From assembly GCA_963779755.1 (NCBI GenBank), contig CAVZZO010000001.1, positions 2,272,001 through 2,336,000 on the forward strand: a stretch of 64,000 nucleotides of DNA, read 5' to 3'. This document shows, in pieces, positions 10,220 to 19,983 of the stretch. How positions within the stretch are numbered: position 1 is the first letter of the stretch; the number at the start of each line of letters is the position of its first letter. Position numbers and translations under genes: made by a program. Under the pieces are notes generated by a model. That model worked only from the letters and a program-made list of their open reading frames with translations, did not search any database and was not told where the DNA came from. This DNA is from an uncultured Gemmatimonadales bacterium. Lineage in GTDB: Bacteria > Gemmatimonadota > Gemmatimonadetes > Gemmatimonadales > GWC2-71-9.

Positions 10220-10780
10220 TCACAGCCTCGGCAGCGTCACCCCCACCTGTTTCTGGTACTTTCCCTTCTTGTCGGCGTAGCTCACTTCGCAGATATCGTC
10301 GTCGTCGGCTTCGAAGAAGAGCACCTGGCAGATCCCTTCGTTGGCATAGACCCGGGCGGGCAGGGGGGTGGTATTGCTGATCTCCAGGGTGACGAACCCT
10401 TCCCACTCGGGCTCGAAGGGCGTGACGTTGGTGATGATGCCGCAGCGGGCGTAGGTGGACTTGCCCAGGCAGATGGTGAGCACGTTGCGGGGAATCCGGA
10501 AATACTCCACCGACCGCGCCAGGGCGAAGCTGTTGGGGGGAACGATACAGACGTCGCCGGTGAACTCGACGAAGCTGCGCGCGTCGAAATGCTTCGGGTC
10601 GACGATGGCCGAGAGCGCGTTGGTGAAGATGCGGAACTCGGGAGCCACCCGCATGTCGTACCCGTACGAGGAGAGGCCGTAGCTGATGGCGCCGGTCTTG
10701 ACCTGGCCGTCCACGAACGGGTCGATCATCCCGTGTTGGGTGGCCATGCGGCGGATCCAGCGGTCGGATTTGATGGACAT
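10220..10780 (-). CDS. dcd: dCTP deaminase
   Basis: [49 protein letters not shown]. Confidence 0.95.
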   Translation of the reverse strand: MSIKSDRWIRRMATQHGMIDPFVDGQVKTGAISYGLSSYGYDMRVAPEFRIFTNALSAIVDPKHFDARSFVEFTGDVCIVPPNSFALARSVEYFRIPRNVLTICLGKSTYARCGIITNVTPFEPEWEGFVTLEISNTTPLPARVYANEGICQVLFFEADDDDICEVSYADKKGKYQKQVGVTLPRL

Positions 10781-10819
10781 GGGGCGGCGTGAGGGCTGAG
10801 GACGGGTCAATATAACCCC

Positions 10820-10917
10820 GGGAGATGGGGGAACCGGGAAGGGGGAACGGGGGAATGGGCCCTCACCGGCAGGCACGATCGCCCCTTTCCCGATTCCCCT
10901 TTGCCCGTTCCCCGTCC
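10820..10917. repeat. Inverted GGGAA-type array between dcd and the nuo promoter
   Basis: gggggaaccgggaagggggaacgggggaatggg ... cccctttcccgattcccctttgcccgttccccg. Confidence 0.75.
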
Positions 10918-10924
10918 TGCCGGG

Positions 10925-10953
10925 TTGAAAGCCCTCCCTATCTCTTTTACCTT
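10925..10953 (+). promoter_or_regulatory. Putative sigma70 promoter of the nuo operon
   Basis: TTGAAA (10925-30), 17-nt spacer, TACCTT (10948-53). Confidence 0.6.
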
Positions 10954-10967
10954 CCAGCCGGGTGCCA

Positions 10968-10983
10968 CGTGAATTTTTTCACG
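10968..10983. promoter_or_regulatory. Putative Rex operator
   Basis: cGTGAA-tttt-TTCACg matches the core of the Rex consensus TGTGAA-N4-TTCACA; 19 nt upstream of the nuoA start. Confidence 0.7.
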
Positions 10984-11002
10984 AGGACGGAATACTAGCC
11001 GC

Positions 11003-11368
11003 ATGCTCAATGCCTATCTACCGATCGTTCTGGTGGCGGCGTTCGTCATACTGAATGCCGTCCTGATGATCGGAATCTCGTACCTCCTGTCGTCGTATCG
11101 CCCGACCCCGACCAAGAGCGCGCCGTACGAAAGCGGAATGCCCGTGCTGGGCAACGCCCGCGAACGGTTCTCGGTCAAGTTCTACCTGATCGCGATGCTC
11201 TTCATCATCTTCGACATCGAAACCGTTTTCCTCATTCCCTGGGGGGCGGCCTTCCGGCAGATGGTGCCGCTGCGGGGGGTGCTGCTGGTGGAGATGGGGG
11301 TGTTCGTGGCGATCCTGCTGGTGGGCTATGTCTACGTCTGGAAGAGGGGAGCGCTGCAATGGGAGTAA
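11003..11368 (+). CDS. nuoA: NADH-quinone oxidoreductase subunit A
   Basis: [27 protein letters not shown]. Confidence 0.95.
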   Translation: MLNAYLPIVLVAAFVILNAVLMIGISYLLSSYRPTPTKSAPYESGMPVLGNARERFSVKFYLIAMLFIIFDIETVFLIPWGAAFRQMVPLRGVLLVEMGVFVAILLVGYVYVWKRGALQWE

Positions 11369-11985
11369 CGCCGCAGGGGACGGACGCGCGGCGGTACCGG
11401 ACCGAGATTTCCGCGGTCTCGCCCAACTGGATCACCACCCGTCTCGATTTTCTCAGTAACTGGGCCCGCTCCAACTCGCTCTGGCCCATGCCGTTCGGGA
11501 CGGCCTGCTGCGCCATCGAATACATGGCCACGGCGGCCAGCCGCTTCGACCTGGCGCGCTTCGGGATGGAGCGGCAGAGCTTCTCGCCCCGCCAGGCCGA
11601 TGTGCTGATCTGCGCCGGCCGGCTGCCCTTCAAGCTGGCACCGGTCATCCGCAAGATCTGGGATCAGATGCCCCAGCCCAAGTGGTGCATCTCCATGGGC
11701 GCCTGCGCGTCCTCGGGCGGCATTTTCGACAATTACTCGATGGTGCAGGGGATCGACACCATCGTGCCCGTGGACGTCTATGTCCCGGGCTGCCCGCCCC
11801 GGCCCGAAGGGCTGATCTACGGCATCATGCTGCTGCAGAAGAAGATCCGGGGCGAGAGCTTCACCGATTCCTCGCTGCGGCAGGAGCACCTGGTGGGGGA
11901 ATCCGGGCTCTTTCTGCCCCCCCAGCGGATCGACGAGCTGTCGGAGCCCTTCGGCAACTCCGTCTCCCAGACCCGGTCCTCATGA
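11359..11985 (+). CDS. nuoB: NADH-quinone oxidoreductase subunit B
   Basis: [23 protein letters not shown]. Confidence 0.95.
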   Translation: MGVTPQGTDARRYRTEISAVSPNWITTRLDFLSNWARSNSLWPMPFGTACCAIEYMATAASRFDLARFGMERQSFSPRQADVLICAGRLPFKLAPVIRKIWDQMPQPKWCISMGACASSGGIFDNYSMVQGIDTIVPVDVYVPGCPPRPEGLIYGIMLLQKKIRGESFTDSSLRQEHLVGESGLFLPPQRIDELSEPFGNSVSQTRSS

Positions 11986-12599
11986 GCGCGCTTTCGCCCT
12001 CGGTGGCCGCCCTGCGGGAGCAGTTCGGTGACGCGGTCCGGCGGGCCACTGTCTCCTGCGGCGACACCATCGTGTTCATTGCCCGGGAGAGCGCGCCCGA
12101 GATCTTCCGCTGGCTGAAGGAGACGCCGCACCAGGAGTTCAACTATCTGGTGGATGTTACCGCGGTGGATTACCGCGATCCCGACCAGCCGCTGGAGGTG
12201 GTCTACCAGCTCCGTTCGCTGCACCGGCAGGCCGATCTGCGGGTGAAGATCGCGCTGGACAAGCGAGAGCCGCTGGAGGTCGCCTCGGTGGTCGAGCTCT
12301 GGCGCGGCGCCGACTGGCTGGAGCGCGAAGTCTACGACATGTTCGGCGTCCGCTTCCTGGGCCACCCGGACCTGCGCCGGATCCTGATGTGGGAGACCTA
12401 CGCCGAGGGCTATCCGCTGCGGAAGACCTTCCCGCTGCGGGGGCACTACAGCCGGGCGGAACAGACCCGGCAGGCCCTGGCCGCCAACCCGGAGGCGCAC
12501 TACTCGATGGAAGAGCTGAGCATCGCCGCTGCCTGGTCCGAGCTGCCGGACGAGATGAAAGCGCGGCTGGCCCGGGGCGAGCGGGGGCGGCTGCCATGA
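11982..12599 (+). CDS. nuoC: NADH-quinone oxidoreductase subunit C
   Basis: [32 protein letters not shown]. Confidence 0.93.
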   Translation: MSALSPSVAALREQFGDAVRRATVSCGDTIVFIARESAPEIFRWLKETPHQEFNYLVDVTAVDYRDPDQPLEVVYQLRSLHRQADLRVKIALDKREPLEVASVVELWRGADWLEREVYDMFGVRFLGHPDLRRILMWETYAEGYPLRKTFPLRGHYSRAEQTRQALAANPEAHYSMEELSIAAAWSELPDEMKARLARGERGRLP

Positions 12600-13879
12600 G
12601 CCCGACGAAGACAAAAACCGTGGAATACCAGCTGGGCAGCCGCGGTGTGGATGCTGCCGGCAACCCGATGACGGTGCCGCTCGGCGTCACCAGCGCGCCG
12701 CCCGACCACCTGGCGGGCGAGCACATGCTGATCAACATCGGGCCGCAGCATCCGGCCACCCACGGCGTGCTGCGGCTGGTGGTGGAACTGGAAGGCGAAG
12801 TGGTCCGGCGGGTCATCCCCCACGTGGGGTATCTCCACTCCGGCTTCGAGAAGCTGGGCGAATACCGGACCTTCAACCAGATCATCCCCCTCACCGACCG
12901 CACCGACTACCTGGCGCCCATGGCCAATAATGTGTGCCTGGCGCTGGCGGCCGAGAAGCTCATGGGGATCGAAATCACCGACCGCTGCCGGGTGCTCCGG
13001 GTGATTGCCTGCGAGATGAGCCGAATCATCTCGCACCTGGTCTGGCTCGGCACTACCGGGATCGATCTGGGCGCCTATACCCCGTTCCTGTGGACGTTCC
13101 AGGAGCGGGAGCGGATCTACAACCTGCAGGAGGCCTGGACCGGGGCCCGGCTCACCACCAGCATGACCCGGGTGGGCGGGCTCATGGCCGACGTGCCCGA
13201 CGGCTGGGAGGACGGGCTGCGGCACTTCTGCCGCACCTTCCCCAATACCCTGCGGGAAGTCGAGACCATGTTCAGCAACAACGCCATCTGGATCGGCCGG
13301 ACCCAGGGCGTAGGGGCCATGAGCGCCGACGAGGCGATCAACTATTCGCTCTCCGGCCCGATGCTGCGGGCCAGCGGCGTGGCGTTCGACATCCGCAAGG
13401 ACAAGCCCTACCTCGGCTACGAGACCTACGATTTCGACATCCCGGTGGGCGAGCACGGCGATATCTACGACCGCTACCGGGTGCGGCTGGAGGAGATGTA
13501 CCAGTCGGTCCGGATCCTGGAGCAGGCGCTGGACCGGCTTCGCCCGGGGCCCATCAACGTCGCAGACCCGCGCGTGATTCTCCCACCCAAGAGCCGGGCG
13601 ATGAGCGACATGGAGGCGATGATCTTCCATTTCAAGCAGGTGATGGAAGGGGTGCGGGCGCCGGTGGGCGAGGCCTACCTGGCGGTGGAGAACCCCAAGG
13701 GCGAGCTGGGCTACTACTTCGTGGCCGACGGCACCGCCAAGCCGGTGCGCTGGCGCATCCGCCCGCCCGCCTTCATCAACCTGGCCGCGCTGCCCAAGAT
13801 GTGCGAGGGCGCGCTGCTGGCCGACGTCATCGCCATCAACGCCAGCGTGGACATCGTCATGGGGGAGGTAGACCGATGA
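12596..13879 (+). CDS. nuoD: NADH-quinone oxidoreductase subunit D
   Basis: NIGPQHPATHGVLR, ENPKGELG, DIVMGEVDR. Confidence 0.95.
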   Translation: MSPTKTKTVEYQLGSRGVDAAGNPMTVPLGVTSAPPDHLAGEHMLINIGPQHPATHGVLRLVVELEGEVVRRVIPHVGYLHSGFEKLGEYRTFNQIIPLTDRTDYLAPMANNVCLALAAEKLMGIEITDRCRVLRVIACEMSRIISHLVWLGTTGIDLGAYTPFLWTFQERERIYNLQEAWTGARLTTSMTRVGGLMADVPDGWEDGLRHFCRTFPNTLREVETMFSNNAIWIGRTQGVGAMSADEAINYSLSGPMLRASGVAFDIRKDKPYLGYETYDFDIPVGEHGDIYDRYRVRLEEMYQSVRILEQALDRLRPGPINVADPRVILPPKSRAMSDMEAMIFHFKQVMEGVRAPVGEAYLAVENPKGELGYYFVADGTAKPVRWRIRPPAFINLAALPKMCEGALLADVIAINASVDIVMGEVDR

Positions 13880-14403
13880 GCCCGGGCTCGCATATCCCGG
13901 AGACGTCAACCGCCGCCGCGGAGGCCTACCAGCCGGTGTTCGTGGGTGACGGCCGCGACCGGCTCGAGCGGCTGGCGGAGAAGTACCCCACCCGCCAGGC
14001 GCTGCTGCTGCCCGCGCTGTGGATGGTGCAGGAGGCCCGCGGCTGGATCAGCGAGCAGGCCATCGCCGAGGTGGCCGACGTGCTGAGGCTGACACCCGCC
14101 CAGGTGAAGGGGGTGGTGACGTTCTACACCATGTACCACACCCACCCGGTGGGGAAGTACTTCATCCAGGTCTGCACCACCAGCCCCTGCAACCTCTGCG
14201 GGGCGGAATCGGTGGTGAAGGCGCTCCTCAAGGAAACCGGCTGCGGCGAGCTGGGGGCCACCAGCGCCGACGGCCGGTTCACCGTGATCGAGGTAGAGTG
14301 TCTCGGGGCCTGCGGCTTCGCGACGCCCATCATGATCAACGACGACTTCATCGAGAACGTCACCCCGGAGCGGGTGGCCGGCATCCTCCAGAGGTACCGG
14401 TAA
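13876..14403 (+). CDS. nuoE: NADH-quinone oxidoreductase subunit E
   Basis: VVTFYTMY, CTTSPC...ECLGAC 2Fe-2S ligands. Confidence 0.93.
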   Translation: MSPGSHIPETSTAAAEAYQPVFVGDGRDRLERLAEKYPTRQALLLPALWMVQEARGWISEQAIAEVADVLRLTPAQVKGVVTFYTMYHTHPVGKYFIQVCTTSPCNLCGAESVVKALLKETGCGELGATSADGRFTVIEVECLGACGFATPIMINDDFIENVTPERVAGILQRYR

Positions 14404-15710
14404 TGGGCTATCCCCATCCGAGCCACGAGAAGGAAACGGTTGTCCTCTCGAAGTATTTCGGCGATGCCGGGGCCCGCAGCTATGAGGGCTGGGTGGAGCG
14501 GGGGGGCTATAGCGCGCTGCGCAAGGCGCTGGGCATGCCCCGGGAGGCGGTCATCGAAGAGGTGAAGGGATCCGGCCTGCGGGGGCGCGGCGGCGCCGGC
14601 TTCCCCACCGGCCTCAAGTGGTCGTTCATGCCCAAGGACGACGGCAAGGCGCATTACCTGGTCTGCAACGCCGACGAATCGGAACCCGGCACCTTCAAGG
14701 ACCGGGAGATCATGCGCTGGACCCCCCACGGGCTGCTGGAGGGCTGCGCCATCGGCGCCTACGCCATCGGGGCCGAGCGTTGCTACGTCTATATCCGCGG
14801 CGAGTTCACCGAGCCCTGGCGCACCATGACCCAGGCGGTCGCCGAGGCCTACCAGGCCGGGGTGCTGGGCGGGAACGCGCTGGACAGCGGCACGCGGATC
14901 GACGTGGTGCTGCATCGCGGGGCGGGGGCCTACATCTGCGGCGAAGAAACCGCGATGCTCAACTCGCTCGAGGGCAAGCGCGGCAATCCGCGGATCAAGC
15001 CGCCCTTTCCGGCCCAGGCCGGCGCCTACGGTATGCCGACCACGGTGAACAACGTGGAGACGCTCGCCGCGGTGCCGCACATCATCAACCGCGGCGCCGA
15101 GTGGTACAAGAGCCTCTGCCTGAGCAACCCCAAGAGCACCGGCACCAAGCTCTTCTCCGTTTGCGGGCACGTGCAGCGGCCGGGGAACTACGAAGTCACC
15201 ATGGGCTTCCCGCTCGGCACCCTGCTGGAGGAGATGTGCGGGGGCGTGCCGCCGGGCCGGAAGCTCAAGGCGGTGATCCCGGGCGGCTCCTCCGTGCCGA
15301 TCCTGACCGCCGACGAGGCCATGGACACGCTGCTGGACTACGAGGGCGTGGTGGCGAAAGGCTCCATGCTCGGCTCGGGCGGGGTCATCGTGATGGACGA
15401 CTCGGCCGACATGGTGTATCAGATCTACCGGCTGGCCCGCTTCTACGCCCATGAATCCTGCGCCCAGTGCACCCAGTGCCGGGAAGGGACGGCATGGACC
15501 GTGAAGATCATGGAGCGGCTCCTGGCGGGGAAGGGAACCCCGCAGGACCTCCAGCTGCTGCTGGATCTGTCGGAGCAGATGACCGGCAAGACCATTTGTG
15601 TGCTGAGCGATTCCTGCGCCGCGCCGGTGGTAAGCGGAATCCAGAAATTCCGCAGCGAGTTCGAAGCATACGTCAGCGGAAAGCGGGATCCGGTCATGGC
15701 GGGGGTGTGA
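14403..15710 (+). CDS. nuoF: NADH-quinone oxidoreductase subunit F
   Basis: SGLRGRGGAGFPTGLKW, NADESEPGTFKDR, ESCAQCTQCREG. Confidence 0.95.
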   Translation: MGYPHPSHEKETVVLSKYFGDAGARSYEGWVERGGYSALRKALGMPREAVIEEVKGSGLRGRGGAGFPTGLKWSFMPKDDGKAHYLVCNADESEPGTFKDREIMRWTPHGLLEGCAIGAYAIGAERCYVYIRGEFTEPWRTMTQAVAEAYQAGVLGGNALDSGTRIDVVLHRGAGAYICGEETAMLNSLEGKRGNPRIKPPFPAQAGAYGMPTTVNNVETLAAVPHIINRGAEWYKSLCLSNPKSTGTKLFSVCGHVQRPGNYEVTMGFPLGTLLEEMCGGVPPGRKLKAVIPGGSSVPILTADEAMDTLLDYEGVVAKGSMLGSGGVIVMDDSADMVYQIYRLARFYAHESCAQCTQCREGTAWTVKIMERLLAGKGTPQDLQLLLDLSEQMTGKTICVLSDSCAAPVVSGIQKFRSEFEAYVSGKRDPVMAGV

Positions 15711-15714
15711 ACCA

Positions 15715-15789
15715 CGGGAACAGGGAAACGGGAAAAGGGAACAGGAGCCGGCGTCGGCCGCTTCCCGCTTCCCCTTTCCCTTTTCCCGC
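15715..15789. repeat. Inverted GGGAAA[C/A] heptamer array inside the nuo operon
   Basis: cgggaacagggaaacgggaaaagggaacagga ... ttcccgcttcccctttcccttttcccgc. Confidence 0.85.
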
Positions 15790-15810
15790 AGTCACGGGCA
15801 AGGAGCAACG

Positions 15811-17382
15811 TTGAGCGCCGAGAACGTCACCGTCACCATCGACGGCCAGCAGCTGCAGGTCCCCAAGGGCACGCCCATCATCGAGGCCGCCAAACGGGCC
15901 GGGATCCTGGTGCCGCATTACTGCTACCATCCCTCCCTGCCGGCGCCGGCCGTCTGCCGCATGTGCCTGGTGGAGGTGGAGAAGGCGCCCAAGCTGATGC
16001 CCGCCTGCGTCACCGCAGTGGCCGACGGGCAGGTGGTGCACGTCAACAGCCCGGCCGCCAAGAAGGCCCGCGAGGGCGTGCTGGAGTTCCTGCTGATCAA
16101 CCACCCGCTCGACTGCCCCATCTGCGATCAGGCGGGCGAGTGCGAGCTGCAGGACTACACCTTCCAGGAAGGGCGCGCCGGCACCCGCTACCAGGACTAC
16201 GCCAAGCGGTACAATCCGGTGGAGGACTTCGGCCCCGATATCCTGTACGTGGCCAACCGGTGTATTCTCTGCACCCGCTGCGTCCGCTTCATGGAGGCGG
16301 TGGCGCACGAGCCGGTACTCAACGTCTCCGACCGGGGCGACCGCGCCCTGATCGGCATCGACCAGGGGCACCGGCTGGACCACGCCTGGTCGGGCAACGT
16401 GGTAGACCTGTGTCCGGTGGGCTCGCTCATCTCCAAGGACTTCCTGCACAAGGCCCGCGCCTGGGACCTGGACAAGACGGCCAGCATCTGCCCAGGCTGC
16501 AGCCAGGGCTGCAACATGATGATCGACACCCGCGATAACGCGGTGGTGCGGCTGCGTCCCCGTCCCAATCTGGACGTCAACCGCCACTTCATGTGCGACT
16601 ACGGCCGGATGAACTACCGCTGGATGAACCGGGGCGACCGGGTGGAAGCGCCGCTGCTGCGGCAGGAAGGCCGGCTGCAGGCGGTAGACTGGGATGTGGC
16701 CCTGGCCCGCTTTGCCGAACTGCTGGATGAGGCCGCCGGTGCCGTCGTGGTCCTGGCGTCGGGCCGGGCGGCCACCGAGAGCCTGGGCCTGCTGCAGCGG
16801 CTGCTGGAGGGACATAAGGTCACCGCGGCGGTCGAGCTGCCGCAGGGCGAGGAGGCGCCGCTGGCCGGCGTCCCCAACCTGGCCCTGCGCCGGGAGCGCG
16901 CCCCCAACGGCGAGGGCGCCCGCATACTGGGGTACGACGCCACCTGGGATGCGGCCCTCTCCGCGGCGGCGTCGGCGCCGCTGGTCATCCTGCTGGATGT
17001 GGACCTGCCGGAGGAGACCCTCGCCCGCTTCACCGGGACGGTCGTGGAGTTCGCGACCATCGAGACCGCCGCGCTGGAGCGCGCGGCGCTGGTCCTGCCG
17101 GTGCCCACCATGGCCGAGGAGCACGGGACCTACGTCAACCGGGACGGACGGGTGCAGCGGTTCGTGCAGGCGCGGGGCGCGCCCGGCATGAGCCGTCCGG
17201 CGTGGTGGGTCGCCGCCGGGACGCTGGCCCTGCGCGACCCCTCCTTCGAGGGCCCCGTCACGGCGGCGGAGGCCTTCGCGCTGGTGAGCGCGCGCGCCCC
17301 GGCCCTGGGCGGGCTGCGCTATGAAGACCTGGGCTTCACCGGCCGGGTGGCCGAGGGCGCGCGGGCGGGCGCGGCCTCATGA
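15811..17382 (+). CDS. nuoG: NADH-quinone oxidoreductase subunit G (short form, 523 aa)
   Basis: CRMCLVE, HPLDCPICDQAGEC, CILCTRC, CPGCSQGC; TTG start after AAGGAG. Confidence 0.9.
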   Translation: MSAENVTVTIDGQQLQVPKGTPIIEAAKRAGILVPHYCYHPSLPAPAVCRMCLVEVEKAPKLMPACVTAVADGQVVHVNSPAAKKAREGVLEFLLINHPLDCPICDQAGECELQDYTFQEGRAGTRYQDYAKRYNPVEDFGPDILYVANRCILCTRCVRFMEAVAHEPVLNVSDRGDRALIGIDQGHRLDHAWSGNVVDLCPVGSLISKDFLHKARAWDLDKTASICPGCSQGCNMMIDTRDNAVVRLRPRPNLDVNRHFMCDYGRMNYRWMNRGDRVEAPLLRQEGRLQAVDWDVALARFAELLDEAAGAVVVLASGRAATESLGLLQRLLEGHKVTAAVELPQGEEAPLAGVPNLALRRERAPNGEGARILGYDATWDAALSAAASAPLVILLDVDLPEETLARFTGTVVEFATIETAALERAALVLPVPTMAEEHGTYVNRDGRVQRFVQARGAPGMSRPAWWVAAGTLALRDPSFEGPVTAAEAFALVSARAPALGGLRYEDLGFTGRVAEGARAGAAS

Positions 17383-18620
17383 GCCCCGAGATCAAGGGGT
17401 TTCTGCTGGTCAGCCTGGTGAAGATGCTCCTGGTGTTCTCGGTGGTCCTGGTAGGGGTCGCCCTGCTCACGCTGATGGAACGGAAGGTCTCGGCCTGGAT
17501 GCAGAACCGGCTGGGGCCCAACCGGGTGGGTTATGGCGGACTGCTGCAGCCGGCGGCGGACGGGCTCAAGAATATTCTGAAGGAAGAGACCCGCCCGCTG
17601 CAGTCGAGCCATGCGCTGTTCACCCTGGCCCCGGCGATATCGTTCATTCCCGCCCTGATGCTGTCGGCGGTGATCCCTTTCGCGGCGCCGCTGCCGCTGC
17701 ACTTCGACTTCACTCTGGGCTTGCTCGGCCGGTTCGTCTATCAGGGGCCGACCCCCATGGTGGTGGCGGACCTGCCGATCGGCTTTCTGTTCATTCTGGC
17801 GATCAGCTCCCTCGGCGTCTACGGCATCGCCCTGGCGGGCTGGTCTTCCAACAGCAAGTACAGCCTGCTGGGCGGATTGCGGGCCAGCGCCCAGATGATT
17901 TCCTACGAGGTGGCGCTGGGGATGAGCCTCATTCCCCTGCTGCTGCTCACCGGCAACGTGTCCTTCTCGGCCATCATCACCGACCAGCAGTCGGGGCACG
18001 GGGTGTGGTTCATCCTGCCGCTCTTTCTCTCGTTCTTCCTCTTTCTGGTCTCCGGCTTCGCCGAGACCAACCGGCTGCCGTTCGACATGCCGGAGGCGGA
18101 GAGCGAGCTGATCGCCGGGTATCATACCGAGTACAGCGCGATGAAGTTCAGCCTCTTCTTCATCGCCGAGTACGCCAACATGGTCACCGTCTCCGCCATG
18201 GTGGCGACGCTGTTTCTGGGCGGGTGGGACATTCCCTTTACCGCCTGGGACCAGACTCCCGGCCTGCTGGCCACGCTGGCGACGGCGGTCGTCTTTTTCC
18301 TCAAGGTTTTCTTCTTCCTGTTCCTCTTCATGTGGGTCCGCTGGACCCTGCCGCGGTTCCGCTTCGATCAGCTCATGGCGCTGGGGTGGAAGGTGTTGCT
18401 GCCGCTCGCCCTGGGCTACGTCATGGTGATCGCGGTGGCGGTATATGTACTGGAGCAGGTGCTGGGGATCGCCGATCCGGTGGCTGAGGGGCTGCTGCTC
18501 TTCGGGCTGAACCTGGGGCTGGGGTTCCTGGTGTTCTTCATTCTGGACCGCAACATGATCATCAAAGGATCGCAGGTCTTCGCCAGCGACCTCGCGGCGC
18601 AGCCTCCGGTGGAGCGCTGA
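17379..18620 (+). CDS. nuoH: NADH-quinone oxidoreductase subunit H
   Basis: ERKVSAWMQNRLGPNRVG, AETNRLPFDMPEAESEL. Confidence 0.95.
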   Translation: MSPEIKGFLLVSLVKMLLVFSVVLVGVALLTLMERKVSAWMQNRLGPNRVGYGGLLQPAADGLKNILKEETRPLQSSHALFTLAPAISFIPALMLSAVIPFAAPLPLHFDFTLGLLGRFVYQGPTPMVVADLPIGFLFILAISSLGVYGIALAGWSSNSKYSLLGGLRASAQMISYEVALGMSLIPLLLLTGNVSFSAIITDQQSGHGVWFILPLFLSFFLFLVSGFAETNRLPFDMPEAESELIAGYHTEYSAMKFSLFFIAEYANMVTVSAMVATLFLGGWDIPFTAWDQTPGLLATLATAVVFFLKVFFFLFLFMWVRWTLPRFRFDQLMALGWKVLLPLALGYVMVIAVAVYVLEQVLGIADPVAEGLLLFGLNLGLGFLVFFILDRNMIIKGSQVFASDLAAQPPVER

Positions 18621-18621
18621 T

Positions 18622-19128
18622 ATGGCCATTGGTGTGAAGGTGATGAAACGCCCGGACCGGCAGGTGAGCTACGTCCGGGCCACGCTCAAGGGCATGGCGC
18701 TCACGTTCCGGCACATGTTCCAGCCCCGGGTGACCATGCAGTACCCGGAGCAGAAGAGCACGGCGGACTGGAGCCTGGCGCCGCGCTGGCGCGGCACCCA
18801 CCGGATGCTCACCGACGAGGCGGGCCGCTCCAAGTGCGTGGCCTGCGGGCTCTGTCCCCAGATCTGCCCGGCAAACTGCATCAAGCTGGTGCCCGGCGAA
18901 GACGAGGCCGGCAACCGCTACCCGCTGATCTACGAGATCGACGAATTCCGCTGCGTTTTCTGCGGGTACTGCCAGGAGGTCTGTCCCGAGGAAGCCATTC
19001 ACGTGGGCGTGCACTACGAAAACTCGGAGTACAGCCGGGACCGGTTCGTCTACGACCTGGAGCGGCTTCAGGCGCAGACCCACCCCGTCTCGACCCTGTG
19101 GGATCCCACCGACCCGAAGGGCGAATAG
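18622..19128 (+). CDS. nuoI: NADH-quinone oxidoreductase subunit I
   Basis: CVACGLCPQICP and CVFCGYCQEVCP. Confidence 0.95.
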   Translation: MAIGVKVMKRPDRQVSYVRATLKGMALTFRHMFQPRVTMQYPEQKSTADWSLAPRWRGTHRMLTDEAGRSKCVACGLCPQICPANCIKLVPGEDEAGNRYPLIYEIDEFRCVFCGYCQEVCPEEAIHVGVHYENSEYSRDRFVYDLERLQAQTHPVSTLWDPTDPKGE

Positions 19129-19129
19129 C

Positions 19130-19687
19130 ATGACCGAGTCGGTCTTCTACTTCTTCGCCGCGGTGGCCGTGGTGTCGGCCCTGCTGTGCATCACCCGGAG
19201 GAACCCGGTGACTGCGGCGCTGTGGCTGGTCGGCACCATGTTCAGCCTGGCGGCCATCTTCGTGCTGCTCAACGCGCATTTCATCGCGGCCATCCAGGTG
19301 CTGGTCTACGCCGGCGCGGTCATGGTGCTGTTTCTCTTCGTCATCATGCTGCTCAACGTGGGGCATACCCGCTCCGACCTGCGGCGCGCCGGCTTCTGGT
19401 TCGTGGCGGTGCTGGCCGTGGGGCTGCTCTCGGCCCAGCTGCTGCCGCTGTCCCGCTACACCCCCGAGCGCCTGGCGCTGGAATACAGCCGGACGGAGGC
19501 GTTCTCCAACCCCGACCAGGTCTTCCCCGGGGGCCCGGCGGCGCGGGAAGCTACGCAGCAGGAGGGGGTGGTGGGCGCCGTGTCGCGGCCCCTGTTCGAG
19601 ACCTACCTGGTGCCGTTCGAGGTGACCTCGGTGCTGTTGCTGGCGGCCATCGTGGGCGCCGTCGTGCTCGCCAAGCGGAGGATCTGA
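19130..19687 (+). CDS. nuoJ: NADH-quinone oxidoreductase subunit J
   Basis: [29 protein letters not shown]. Confidence 0.95.
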   Translation: MTESVFYFFAAVAVVSALLCITRRNPVTAALWLVGTMFSLAAIFVLLNAHFIAAIQVLVYAGAVMVLFLFVIMLLNVGHTRSDLRRAGFWFVAVLAVGLLSAQLLPLSRYTPERLALEYSRTEAFSNPDQVFPGGPAAREATQQEGVVGAVSRPLFETYLVPFEVTSVLLLAAIVGAVVLAKRRI

Positions 19688-19983
19688 TGCTGCTCGGACC
19701 GTCGCTCGCGCTCAGCGCGATTCTCTTCGCGATCGGGGTGGCCGGAGTGCTGCTCCGGCGGAATGCGATCGTGCTGTTCATGTGCATTGAGCTGATGCTC
19801 AACGCGGTGAACCTGTCGTTCATCGCCCTGGCCCAGGTGCACGGGCTCTCGGGCCAGGTGATCGTCTTCTTCGTCATGACCGTGGCGGCCGCCGAGGCGG
19901 CGGTCGGGCTGGCCATCATCCTGGCCGCCTTCCGTCACACCGAATCCGTGGATCTCTCCACCATCAACCTGCTCAAAGGCTGA
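19687..19983 (+). CDS. nuoK: NADH-quinone oxidoreductase subunit K
   Basis: [28 protein letters not shown]. Confidence 0.95.
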   Translation: MLLGPSLALSAILFAIGVAGVLLRRNAIVLFMCIELMLNAVNLSFIALAQVHGLSGQVIVFFVMTVAAAEAAVGLAIILAAFRHTESVDLSTINLLKG

